A stretch of DNA of 64,000 nucleotides from Torpedo marmorata (Eukaryota). The notes beneath the pieces are model-generated. The model saw nothing but the letters and a program-made list of their open reading frames with translations. It ran no database searches and was not told the DNA's origin. Positions 37,735-48,270 of the stretch are shown in pieces. The DNA lies in assembly GCA_977017645.1 (NCBI GenBank), contig OZ360232.1, positions 15,376,001 through 15,440,000 on the forward strand, given 5' to 3'. The position numbers were made by a program, and so were the translations under genes. Position 1 is the first letter of the stretch. The number at the start of each line of letters is the position of its first letter.

Positions 37735-38190
37735 GTAGAAAAGTGCTAGAGACTCAGCAGTTCAAGCAACATCCATGGAAAGTAAAAGTCAGCTGACATT
37801 TCGAGCCTGAGCAATAAGAAAGTGGGGATGGGGAGGAACACAGACTTGCAGGTGATAGTTGGATGCAGATGGGAGGAGGAAGAAGAGAAAGGAACTGAGA
37901 GGCTGAGAAGTGATGGGGAAAGGACAGAGAGCTGATAAAGATAAAATGAATGGAAGGGGCTGGGCAGCTGCAGGAGGGGAGACAGAGGGATGAGGGATAG
38001 CAAGAGACCAGGGGAGGCAGTTAACAGAAATTGGAGAAGTTGATATTGATGCCATATGGTTGGAGACTGTTGTGACAGGATTGAAGGTGTTGTTCCTCCA
38101 ATTTATGAGTGGCCTCAACCTGGCAGTACATGAGGCCATGGACAGACATGTCAGTGTGGCAATGGGGTGTGGAACTGAAGAGGTTGTTAA
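37735..38190 (-). mobile_element. Penelope-like 3' fragment
   Basis: Homologous to 5870-6320. Confidence 0.65.
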
Positions 38191-39989
38191 TTGTTTAACA
38201 ATGATGCCTGTGGTATGGGTCCATCTTTCCCACACTTGCTATCCCACAGCCCCATTTCTGTCCCATCTGGTGCTCACCCTGCCATAAGGTTTACCAATTG
38301 TATCCGGATACTCCAGGGATCTCTAATGCAGCTCCAACTCCTTTAAAAAAAGCAACCTTTGACATTTCCATGAGAGGTACTTGGTGATCAAGAAGAGCTG
38401 AAGGATGTACACTGAAGATCCATGGTAGGTCTGGACCCCTTGTTATGCACCATGTCTCTAGGGGCCACTTGATACCAAACTCCAAGGCCAACTAGGCCTG
38501 TGATCTGGAACCAAAAACCACGTTGTTCTATGAGGCAGCCAATTTTAAATTCATTCCAGCACATTTTATCCAATACCATGGGCTTTTAATGTTTGCACCA
38601 GTCTCCTATGTGGCACCTAAGCAAATGCTTTCTGACATCTAAAGATTCCTCTTCATCAATGCTCACTGTTACAACCATATTTGTTAAACATAATTGTCTA
38701 TTTATGTCTTTAAACTCAACCAAAAATGTTAGACTTATGTCTATACTAAATGAAATGCTTTTCATGAGTATTTTGGGCTATAAATCTGACACTTCCAATA
38801 AAAAGCAGTTCATTGATGTTAAAAATAATTAATTTTCCACTCAACAGTAAGGGGCAGAGATATTCAAAATTTAAAAAATATAATAAAACTAATAACAACT
38901 AATCTACAATAAAATTCAACAAGATATATTTAAGTTTTAAGAAGTATGGTGAGACTTTGAATTCTGGATTTCAACTTGCAAATATTACTATTGCTTGCTG
39001 AAAAATGAAAGTGGAGAAGTCAGCTTCAATGTTTCAAATCATAAGTATATTTCAAAACACCTCTTTTCCCTATCCTATTCAAATAATTGTCACTTTGATG
39101 AATCTGCAGGATGAATCAGATTTGTGCAAAGTTTCAACTGCTGTAATCATTAAATCTGCGAATCAGTGAATATCAATTTCTAGAATACTTTGTTGATATC
39201 GCTCTTGCCTCATATGAAAAGTTACAAATCCTTGCATTTTCACTTGCCATATTAAAAAATTCTAATTTAAAAAGGATTGTGACTGAAAATTGTATAATTT
39301 TCAGTCACTATCCTTTTTATAATACAGATATACAAACCTGTATTCAGTGAAATTTATTTAATATTAAAAAAGTACTAATGAAGTCACAAGATATGAATTC
39401 CAGTTATTCAACAGTGTCAATAATAAAACCAGCACTGATCAAGTTTTTTTGCAGCAAGTATTCAGCATGACTTAATATTAATGATAAATTATCAATCTGA
39501 ATACAATCCAATTCTAATAGAGAAATATTTGTTCCAAAATTTGTATCAAATCACTTCTGCGATTTAACATGAAAATGTATTCTGAGATAGTGATTAAAAT
39601 AACATTTTTACATTTCATTTAGCTTTATCTATCTATCTATCTGTTTATCAATCTATCAGTTTTTATTTGGAATACCTGTATCGGATATCAAAGTAATGTG
39701 CTACATCATTTATATCAAATAGAAACAAGCAAATGTGTTTAATAAAAGATTTTAACACATTTTCAAAAATTTAAAAAAAGTACATGATGCAGGTCACATT
39801 TGCCAAAAAAAGTGTTTTTATTATCCTTTATCTTCAGAATCTGGGCATCAATGACATAATTAGCATTTACTGGTCATCTTTAATTGCTCATGAACTTAAA
39901 TGGTTTCAATAGAAGAAAGAAATGAACTCAATAAAAATATAAATGGCATATAAAAGTATAAAGCAGCAATTGCAAATTATATTATTTTC

Positions 39990-41455
39990 AAGTCGTCAAG
40001 TTTATTGTCATCTGTTTGTATAAGTACAACCCGACAAAACTGCATTCTCCGGTCCTCGGTGCAAAACATGCAGACATACAACCAGATATAACACACATAC
40101 AGACAAACAGTACATATGCAGGACACATATAAATAAATAAATATTGTTTTGTACATATGAGAGTCTCGGATGGTTAGTGTGAGCAGTTCCTTTGGTCGTT
40201 CAGCATTATCACTGCCTGTGGGAAGAAGCTGTTCCTCAGCCTGGTGGTGCTGGCTCTGATACTCCTGTATCTCGTTCCCGACGGGAGCAGCTGAAAGATG
40301 CTGTGTGCAGGGTCCAAGGAGTCCTCAAAGATTTTGCGCACCATCTTCAGATAACGATCCCGGTGGATCACGTCAATGGGGGAGGAGGGAGATTCCAGTG
40401 ATCCTCTCTGCCACTCTTACGGTCCTGTGGATTGACCAACGATCTATTTCTCTGCAGCAACCGTACCACACTGTGATGCAGCCAGCCAGGACGCTCTCGA
40501 TAGAGCTCCTATAGAAGGTTGACATAATGGTGGCCGGTAGCCTTGCCCACTTCAGTCTTCTCAGGAAGTGCAGTCTCTGTTGCGCCTTCCTGACAAGTGA
40601 GGAGACGTTGAGTGTCCACGATAGGTCACTAGTTAAGTGAACTCCAAGGAACTTGGTGCTCTCCACTACAGAGTTGTTGATGTGTAGTGGAAGGTGGTCG
40701 TTCCTGGTCCTCCTGAAGTCCACGAACATCTCCTTCGTCTTGTCTATGTTGAGACTCAGGTTTTTACTCTCGCACCATTTCACGAGATTTTCCACCTCTT
40801 CTCTGTAGTGCGACTCATTGTTGTTGCTGATGAGGCCAACTACTGTTGTGTCATCTGCAAACTTGATGACACTGTTGGAGCTGGATCTGGCGATGCAGTC
40901 GTGGGTCAGTAGCGTGAACAGGAGCGGGCTGAGCACACAGCCCTGAGGTGCACCAGTGCTCAGCATGACGGTGCTTGACATTCTGCTTCCAACCAGGACA
41001 GACTGTGGTCTTTCCGTTACGAAGTCCAGGATCCAGTTACAGAGAGGGGTGTTGAGTCCCAGCGAGGACAGCTTCTTCACCAGCCTCTGGGGAATGATCA
41101 TATTAAACACTGAGCTGAAGTCAATGACTAGCACCTGGCGTATGAGGCGTTGTTCTCCAGGACGCAGTGAAGCGACAAGGCTATTGCATTGTCTGTGGAA
41201 CGGTTTCGCCTGTAGGCGAATTGAAATGGGTCCAGCGTCTCTGGGAGGTGTGCTTTGATGCGTTCCATCACCAGACGCTCGAAGCATTTCATAATGGTGG
41301 AGGTCAGTGCCACAGGGCGGTAGTCATTGAGGCCTGTTATTGTCGCCCTCTTGGGTATCGGGATGATGGTGGCTGTCTTGCACCCTCGGGAATGATGGAC
41401 TGCTGCAGTGAGGTGTTGAAGATGTCCGTGAAGACCTCCGTCAATTGGTCTGCCC
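39990..41455 (-). mobile_element. Rex1/Babar-like LINE, 5'-truncated RT region
   Basis: [43 protein letters not shown] motifs; frameshifts. Confidence 0.85.
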
Positions 41456-42126
41456 ATATGAGTTAAAATTAACTTGTCCTGACACTACTGGTTTTAGGGA
41501 CAGATAAAGCTCATCAAAATTCAGCCTATTTTGTTCAATGCCTATAAAGAAGAAGATAAAAAAACTGGATTTTGACTTCATCTTTAAAATAAAGACTAAA
41601 TCAAATGACCATGTGATAATATCAAGAGCCATTTTAAAATGGACTGTCCAACTTCTGAAATTATTCCTTGGCACCTCACCATTAACAACACGTTTTAGAA
41701 TATGAACGTGGGCTTCGATCATAAACTTGTAGGCCATTGAAAATAATGTTTGTCAGCAGACGCCCTCATACCATTACAGTTATAATTAAACATAAATTTT
41801 CTGCATTTTAGTGGAATAACACTGATTTGCCATGTTCTTCTTATTCCCTCAGGTGCTGAATCTGCCTCTTCTCCTTAGCAATCAATAATTTGAAACAATA
41901 GCATTATTAAAATTTAATGATTACATAAAGGAATTGAAACCATCCATCTAGCTACAGGATTATCAAAATTATTCTCAGAGTAACCTGGAACTGGTAAAAG
42001 TAACTTGTTTCTGGTTCTCTGGAATGTTGTGGTAAGCAAAATGCCAAATATTAATTTATTGAACAGATCAAACAAGTATGATTTGTTTGATACACACAAT
42101 ATGTATTGATACGCACAATACATAGT

Positions 42127-42341
42127 TGTGTTATTATGCGTGTAAATAAGAACTACACTTCCCAGCATGCAATGCACACAATTGCCAGATACCGGAAGTG
42201 ACATGTGAGGCCATTGTCATTTATTGTCGGTTGAAGACAGTTGGAAGTCGTTGGAGGCGGTGGAAGCAACACAAGGAAAATAAAGTCGGTTAACTGTTAA
42301 ACCTACGTAAAGTCGTTCTTCTTGAAAGAACAAGCTTAACA
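42127..42341 (+). repeat. 5' LTR (215 bp)
   Basis: tgtgttattatg...caagcttaaca; aligns end to end with 50732-50947; aataaa at 42279-42284. Confidence 0.93.
42152..42200 (+). promoter_or_regulatory. ZNF143/THAP11-type site (ACTACAcTTCCCAGCATGCAATGC) plus ETS site (ACCGGAAGTG) in the LTR
   Basis: Match to the known ACTACAnnTCCCAG SBS consensus and the CCGGAAGT ETS consensus; binding untested. Confidence 0.6.
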
Positions 42342-42355
42342 TGGTGTAAGAAGTG
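42342..42355 (+). promoter_or_regulatory. Primer-binding site, tRNA-Leu type (tggtgtaagaagtg)
   Basis: Immediately follows the LTR terminal CA; one mismatch to TGGTGTCAGAAGTG. Confidence 0.75.
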
Positions 42356-42390
42356 TTTGAGTGAGTAAGAGAAGACAATAGTTCGTAAGC

Positions 42391-43449
42391 ATAGATAAGT
42401 TAAGTCCTCCCACACTGATGCAGTTTACCAGCAATCTCGCCGATAATTGGAAATGCTTCAAACAGCGATTCAACATTTATTTAGAGCAGGTGTTCCCAAA
42501 CATTTTAGACCATCGACCCCTTTATGGAATCCTTGATCCCTCATAGACCACCAGGCATGTACAAATAAATAAATAAATAAATAAATAATAATGATGATTA
42601 AGTAGACGTGCAGTTTCCATATGCATTAGTGAGGGAAACTGCATACCATATGCATGGTGTCCGGGCCTCCCAGCAACAACCCAAACTTTGTTACAACACC
42701 CCAATCGCCAAGTAACAAACCTGTAAATTAAGCAAGCAAGTGATTACAATAACACTAAAAAAAAACCTTTGTTTCTGGCCGGGAAGATGCCAAATGGAGC
42801 TTGGTCCAAGTCTTCAGCATCGGCGACGGCGACTCCATTCTCAACATCAGGTGCGGTGCAGTTCGCATCGAAGAAGTCGACTCGGGCTCCCGGGCAGGAG
42901 AGGGAACCTCAGGCTCTACAATTCTTTCGACATCAAAAGTTCAATCGACCCCCTTTCAACCCACTGGCATTTTTCGACTCCTTGGATAGTCCCATCGACT
43001 CCCAGGGGTCGATATCGACCATTTTGGAGAACCCTGATTTAGAGGCTAGTGGAGCGGGAGAGACCGATGGAAAACGGAAAGCGTCTATATTTTTGCACGT
43101 GATGGGTGAAGATGCCTTGGACATCTATAACAGTTTCCAAATTGATGAGGCAGCTTTCACGTTGGACACTCTGATGACAAGATTTGAGGAGTATTCTGTC
43201 CCAAGTAAAAACGTCACGTATGAGAGATTCAAGTTTTTCTCCTGTGACCAGAAACAAGGTATGAGCTTCGACCAATACTTAGCCGAGCTTCACACACTGA
43301 GTAAGTCCTGCGAATGTGGAGATTTGAAAAATTCACTCATTAAAGACAGAATAGTTTGCGGAATCCCAAATAATGGACTTAGAGAAAGACTGTTGCGTGA
43401 AAAAGATTTCACACTGGAAAAGGCTGCGAATATTTGTAGGGCAGCAGAG
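42391..43449 (+). pseudogene. Gypsy (Mag-like) gag N-terminal part, split by MITE
   Basis: DKLSPPT..NLADNWKCFKQRFNIYLE|ASG...[11 protein letters not shown]...YERFKFF...QKQG..FDQY..EL...IKDRIVCGI...[23 protein letters not shown]; frame continuous once the MITE and one TSD copy are removed. Confidence 0.85.
42487..43036. mobile_element. hAT (Charlie-like) MITE
   Basis: Termini caggtgttcccaaa / tttggagaaccctg; perfect 8-bp TSD atttagag at 42479-42486 and 43037-43044. Confidence 0.88.
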
Positions 43450-43473
43450 ATGGCTCGCCATTTGCAAGAACAT

Positions 43474-43905
43474 AAGGAGAAGGCCCTGGAAATGCTGGAG
43501 CAGGTGAAAATATCCAAAGAAGTGGGTAGAGAGACTCTTATCAATGTTACCAGGACATTGTTACGCACAAAGGTCCACAACGAATTGGCAGCTGTCTTGG
43601 CAGAGGCTGTGGTCGATGCTGTTCTGACAGTGAAGAAACCAAACGAGTCAATGGATCTCTTCATTGTTGAAATTATGGAGATGAAACACAAAATAAAAAC
43701 AGAGTGACACACCTTGTGAAGGGAATAGTACTGGATCATGGTGCTCGGCACCCGGACATGAAGAAAAGGGTGGAAGATGCTTACATTCTCACCTGCTGCA
43801 TTTCACTGGAGTATGAAAAGACGGAAGTAAATTCTGGATTCTTCTATAAAAGTGCTGATGAAAAAAATAAAATAAAAAATTGTGCAAGCGGAGAGATAGT
43901 TAATT
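43474..43905 (+). pseudogene. CCT6A: Captured intron-less CCT6A (TCP-1 zeta) mRNA fragment, part 1
   Basis: KEKAL..LEQVK.SKE..RETL...RTKVH.ELA.VL.EAVVD...MEMKHK / [43 protein letters not shown]; frameshifts in A-runs. Confidence 0.9.
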
Positions 43906-44217
43906 TTTTTTTTTTTTTAATAATTTTATTTAATTTTTTAAAATCACAAAATACATATATCAAAAAAATAGTGTATTATTGAAAATACATGTGATATATT
44001 ACCACCCCCCCTTCCCACCCTCCCCTCCCCAACCCTCCCACGCTATCTAATAAAAAAAAAGAAAAAAATAGAATATAAAAATGTTAATTAAAAGAAAAGA
44101 AAAAGATTGAATAATAAAGTTAAGAAAGTTAGTGTTAGTATGAGGAGAAAACTATTTCAAGCTAACTCTACTTGTATATTGGAGGTTACTTTGTCAGCGG
44201 TACTAACTTCTAGAGAA

Positions 44218-47200
44218 TTAATTCATACCCATAATTCTCATGTATGGGCTCCAGATTTTCAGAAAGAAATGATATTTGTCTCGTAAATTATACGTAATTT
44301 TTTCCAATGGTATACACGAGCGTAACTCTGCATGTAATCTATCCAAATTTAAATCTAAGTCTGATTTCCAAGTAATAGCAATACATTTTTTTGAAATTGC
44401 TAACACAATTCGTAAAAATTCTATTTGGTACATATTCAATCTATTTCTAATACTGATTTTTTTAATATCTCCAAACAGAAATATCATAGGGTCCATTGGA
44501 ATCGTAATATTAAGAATTCTATCTAAAAATTCCTTGACTTTAGACCAAAAATTTTTAATTTTCAAACACAACCATGTACAATGTACAAAAGAACCTATTT
44601 CATCTTTACATCTAAAACACATATCTGACAATGCCGAATTGAATTTCTTTAATTTTTTAGGTGTTATATATAATTGATGAAAAAAATTATATTGTACTAA
44701 TCTATATCTAACATTAATAATCTTAGTCATACTCAGTTTACATAGTTCTTTCCAGTGTTGTTCATCTATACTAGTGTTTAGATCTGATTCCCAATTTAAT
44801 CTAGATTTATGTAGTCCTACTTTAAACATTTTTTTCTGAAGTAATTTATACATTTGCGATATAAATTTGTTAACATTTCCATTAGTAATTAATAACTCTA
44901 ACCCATCTTGTCTAGGAGATATTAATTGATTCCCTAATTTCTCAACTAAAAATCCTTTAACTTGATAATAAGCCAAAACTGTATTATCCATTATTCCAAA
45001 TTTTTCTTTCAATCTAGAAAAAGTAACAAATCTTCCTGCCTCAAAACAATCTTTAATCTTCTTAATTCCTTTTTGATACCATAATTTTAAAAATTGATTA
45101 TCAATAGAAAATGGTAATAATAAATTCTGATATAATGGCATATTTAAAGAAATTGATCCTTTTCGTCCTATTTCATTATCTAATTGATTCCAAATTTCCA
45201 ATAGATGTTTAATAATCGGTGACTTTTTCTTTTTAATCAATAATAATTTAGAATTCCATTTATAAATAATATCTTCCTTATTTCTTTCTCCTATATTACT
45301 CAATTCTATATTAATCCAAGCCGTATTTTTAGTTAAATCAAATAGTTCATTTATAAATTTTAATTGTGCTGCCTTATAATAATATTGAAAATTAGGGAGT
45401 TGTAATCCACCCATTTCGTATTCCCAAGTTAATTTATCCATACTTACTCTTGCCAATTTTCCTTTCCATAAAAACTTTCTAATAATAATTTTTAAATCTT
45501 TAAAAAAATTTTGAGGAATACCAAAAGGTATAGATTGAAAAAGATATTGAACTTTTGGAAAAATATTCATTTTAATACAATTCACTCTTCCCATTAAAGT
45601 TATGGGTAAATCTTTCCAATTATCCAAATCCTTCTTTATTTTCTGAAATAAAGGTATGTAATTTAATTTATATAAATTTTCTAACTTTGTATCCACTTTA
45701 ACTCCCAAATATTTAATAGCTTCTTTAGCCCATTTAAATTTTGTAACTTCTTTACATTTAGTATAGTCTCCTTGAGATAAAGCCATTATCTCACTTTTAT
45801 CCGAATTAATTTTATATCCAGATATTTCACCATAATCCCTCAATATTTTATCTAATTGTTGAAGTGATTTAATAGACTTTGTCATATATATTAATACATC
45901 ATCTGCAAACAAACTAATTTTATGCTCTTCTACACCTACTTTTATCCCATTTATATTAATATCTTTCCTAATCATTTCCGCCAACGGTTCTATTGCCAAT
46001 ACAAATAAAGCAGGTGACAATGGACATCCTTGTCTTGTTGACCGCGTCAAAGAGAATTTAGATGATATTTGACCATTTGTAATTACTCTGGCTGTAGGTT
46101 CCTTATATATAGTCTTAATCCAGTTTATAAACGTATTTCCAAATCCATATTTCTCTAAAACCTTAAATAAAAACTTCCATTCTACTCTATCAAATGCTTT
46201 TTCTGCATCTAATGCTATCACTAACGGCAAATCCTGTTTCTTTTTTTGTAAATTAATCAAACTTATTAATCTTGCTATATTATCCTTTGAATATCTATTT
46301 TTGATAAATCCTGCTTGATCTGGATGTATTAAAAATGGTAAAAACTTAGCTAGTCTATTTGTCAAGATTTTTGCCATTAATTTATAATCTACATTTAACA
46401 ATGATATAGGCCTATACGATTCAGTTTTTAATACATCTCTATCTTTCTTTGGTATAACTGTAATAATAGCATTTAAAAATGTTTTCGGTAATGAATGAGT
46501 TTCCTTTATTTGAGTTAATACTTCCATATATATAGGTATCAATACATCTTTAAACTTCTTATAAAACTCTACCGGAAATCCATCATCACCGGGAGATTTA
46601 CCACTATTCAATGATAATAAAGCCTCGCCTACTTCTCTCATTGTAATTGGTAAATCTAACAAATCTCTGTTAAGACTATTTAATTTGGGCAATGTAATTT
46701 TGGCTAAAAAATCATCAATTTTTACAACATCTTGATTCATTTGCGAAGTATATAAATTTTGATAATACTCTTTAAATGAATTATTTATTTCTTGAGGTTT
46801 ATAAGTTATTTCTCCAGTACTTTTCTTTATAGCATTTATAGTTTTAGAAACTTGTTCTTTCTTTAATTGCCATGCTAAAACTTTATGTGCTCTTTCTCCC
46901 AATTCATAATATCTTTGCTTTGTTCTACCAATTAATTTTTCTATTTTTCGAGTTTGTAATATATTATAATGTAATTTTTTCCCAATTAAACGTTGTCTCT
47001 TAGAAATTGTTTTATTTCTTTGAAAATCTTTTTCCATAACTTCAATTTCTCCCTCCAGTTTTTCTTCTTCTTTCACATAATCTTTTCTGATTTTTGCCGA
47101 GAAGCTTATTATCAATCCTCTTAAATATGCTTTTAAAGATTCCCAAATTATAAACTTATCTTCAACTGAATTATTATTAATTCTTAAAAATTCCTGAATT

Positions 47201-48003
47201 TCTTTTCTTATATATTCACAAAAATCTTTTCTATTTAATAAAGAAGAGTCTAATCTCCAGTTATATACAGTTTTTTCTTTCTCTGGAATTATACATGTCA
47301 TTAATAAAGGTGAATGGTCCGAAATTATTCTTGCTTTATAAGAAATTTGAGTTATTCTATCTTGAATTTGTGAAGATATTAAGAATAAATCAATCCTTGA
47401 GAATGAATTATGTCGAAAGGAATAAAATGAATAATCTTTTTCTCTAGGGTTTAACTTTCTCCAAATATCTACTAAATTTAGATCATCCATTAAATTAATA
47501 ATTCTTTTAACTATCTTAGGTCTAACAGATGTTCTAGATGTTTTATCCATATTTGCATTAAGACAACAATTGAAATCTCCTCCAATTAAAATATTTTCCT
47601 TAGCCTCAGATAAATGTAAAAAAGTATCTTGAATAAATTGTTCGTCCTCTGGGTTTGTAATATATAAATTTAAAAGGGTCCATATTTCTGAATAAATTTG
47701 ACAATGCACTAAAACATATCTACCAGCTATATCCGTCACTACTGATTGTATTTTAAATGGTAATTTTTTATTGATTAAAATCGCTACTCCTCTCGCTTTA
47801 GAATTAAAAGATGAAGCTACTACATGTCCTACCCATTCTCTCTTTAACTTTTGATGTTCTTTATCAATCAAATGCGTTTCCTGTAAAAAAGCTATATCTA
47901 CTTTTAATTTTTTGATATGTGCTAAAGTTTTTTTCCTCTTAATTGGGTTATTAAGCCCATTAACATTAATACTTACAAAATTTATACTTCTAGAATCAAC
48001 CAT
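44218..48003 (-). CDS. L1 ORF2p: APE endonuclease, reverse transcriptase, CCHC domain (1261 aa)
   Basis: SINVNGLN, LQETHL, GGDFN, SRIDLFL, SDHSP; LDAEKAFD, RQGCPLSP, LFADD; CFRC..HCTWLC; uninterrupted. Confidence 0.95.
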   Translation of the reverse strand: MVDSRSINFVSINVNGLNNPIKRKKTLAHIKKLKVDIAFLQETHLIDKEHQKLKREWVGHVVASSFNSKARGVAILINKKLPFKIQSVVTDIAGRYVLVHCQIYSEIWTLLNLYITNPEDEQFIQDTFLHLSEAKENILIGGDFNCCLNANMDKTSRTSVRPKIVKRIINLMDDLNLVDIWRKLNPREKDYSFYSFRHNSFSRIDLFLISSQIQDRITQISYKARIISDHSPLLMTCIIPEKEKTVYNWRLDSSLLNRKDFCEYIRKEIQEFLRINNNSVEDKFIIWESLKAYLRGLIISFSAKIRKDYVKEEEKLEGEIEVMEKDFQRNKTISKRQRLIGKKLHYNILQTRKIEKLIGRTKQRYYELGERAHKVLAWQLKKEQVSKTINAIKKSTGEITYKPQEINNSFKEYYQNLYTSQMNQDVVKIDDFLAKITLPKLNSLNRDLLDLPITMREVGEALLSLNSGKSPGDDGFPVEFYKKFKDVLIPIYMEVLTQIKETHSLPKTFLNAIITVIPKKDRDVLKTESYRPISLLNVDYKLMAKILTNRLAKFLPFLIHPDQAGFIKNRYSKDNIARLISLINLQKKKQDLPLVIALDAEKAFDRVEWKFLFKVLEKYGFGNTFINWIKTIYKEPTARVITNGQISSKFSLTRSTRQGCPLSPALFVLAIEPLAEMIRKDININGIKVGVEEHKISLFADDVLIYMTKSIKSLQQLDKILRDYGEISGYKINSDKSEIMALSQGDYTKCKEVTKFKWAKEAIKYLGVKVDTKLENLYKLNYIPLFQKIKKDLDNWKDLPITLMGRVNCIKMNIFPKVQYLFQSIPFGIPQNFFKDLKIIIRKFLWKGKLARVSMDKLTWEYEMGGLQLPNFQYYYKAAQLKFINELFDLTKNTAWINIELSNIGERNKEDIIYKWNSKLLLIKKKKSPIIKHLLEIWNQLDNEIGRKGSISLNMPLYQNLLLPFSIDNQFLKLWYQKGIKKIKDCFEAGRFVTFSRLKEKFGIMDNTVLAYYQVKGFLVEKLGNQLISPRQDGLELLITNGNVNKFISQMYKLLQKKMFKVGLHKSRLNWESDLNTSIDEQHWKELCKLSMTKIINVRYRLVQYNFFHQLYITPKKLKKFNSALSDMCFRCKDEIGSFVHCTWLCLKIKNFWSKVKEFLDRILNITIPMDPMIFLFGDIKKISIRNRLNMYQIEFLRIVLAISKKCIAITWKSDLDLNLDRLHAELRSCIPLEKITYNLRDKYHFFLKIWSPYMRIMGMN

Positions 48004-48270
48004 AATTAAATTTTGAACATTCTCTATCTGTCAGATCCGCCGACGCATCCCTCCTATTCCATTGATTACATATTTTCTCCTCAAATAGAATGAAATAATA
48101 GAAAAGTAAGAAAAAAGAACATCCCATAATTAACACTGGACTATATATCCCAGTGTTACCCCCCTCCGTCGCTCGAGAAGCGGTTCTAACCGCTAAAGTG
48201 GTGGTGGTTTCGGAAAAAGTCCCAATGAGTCCACCTCCCCCAGACAGATAATTATTCATACATTTTATAT

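Noticed and set aside
42769-43044. N-terminal 92 codons of the 312-aa ORF as a real protein start
   Set aside because: They lie in the inserted hAT MITE and start at TTG; the true gag N-terminus is at 42391-42486.
47996-48259. 87-aa ORF between L1 ORF1 and ORF2
   Set aside because: No recognisable motifs; consistent with a chance ORF in the spacer.
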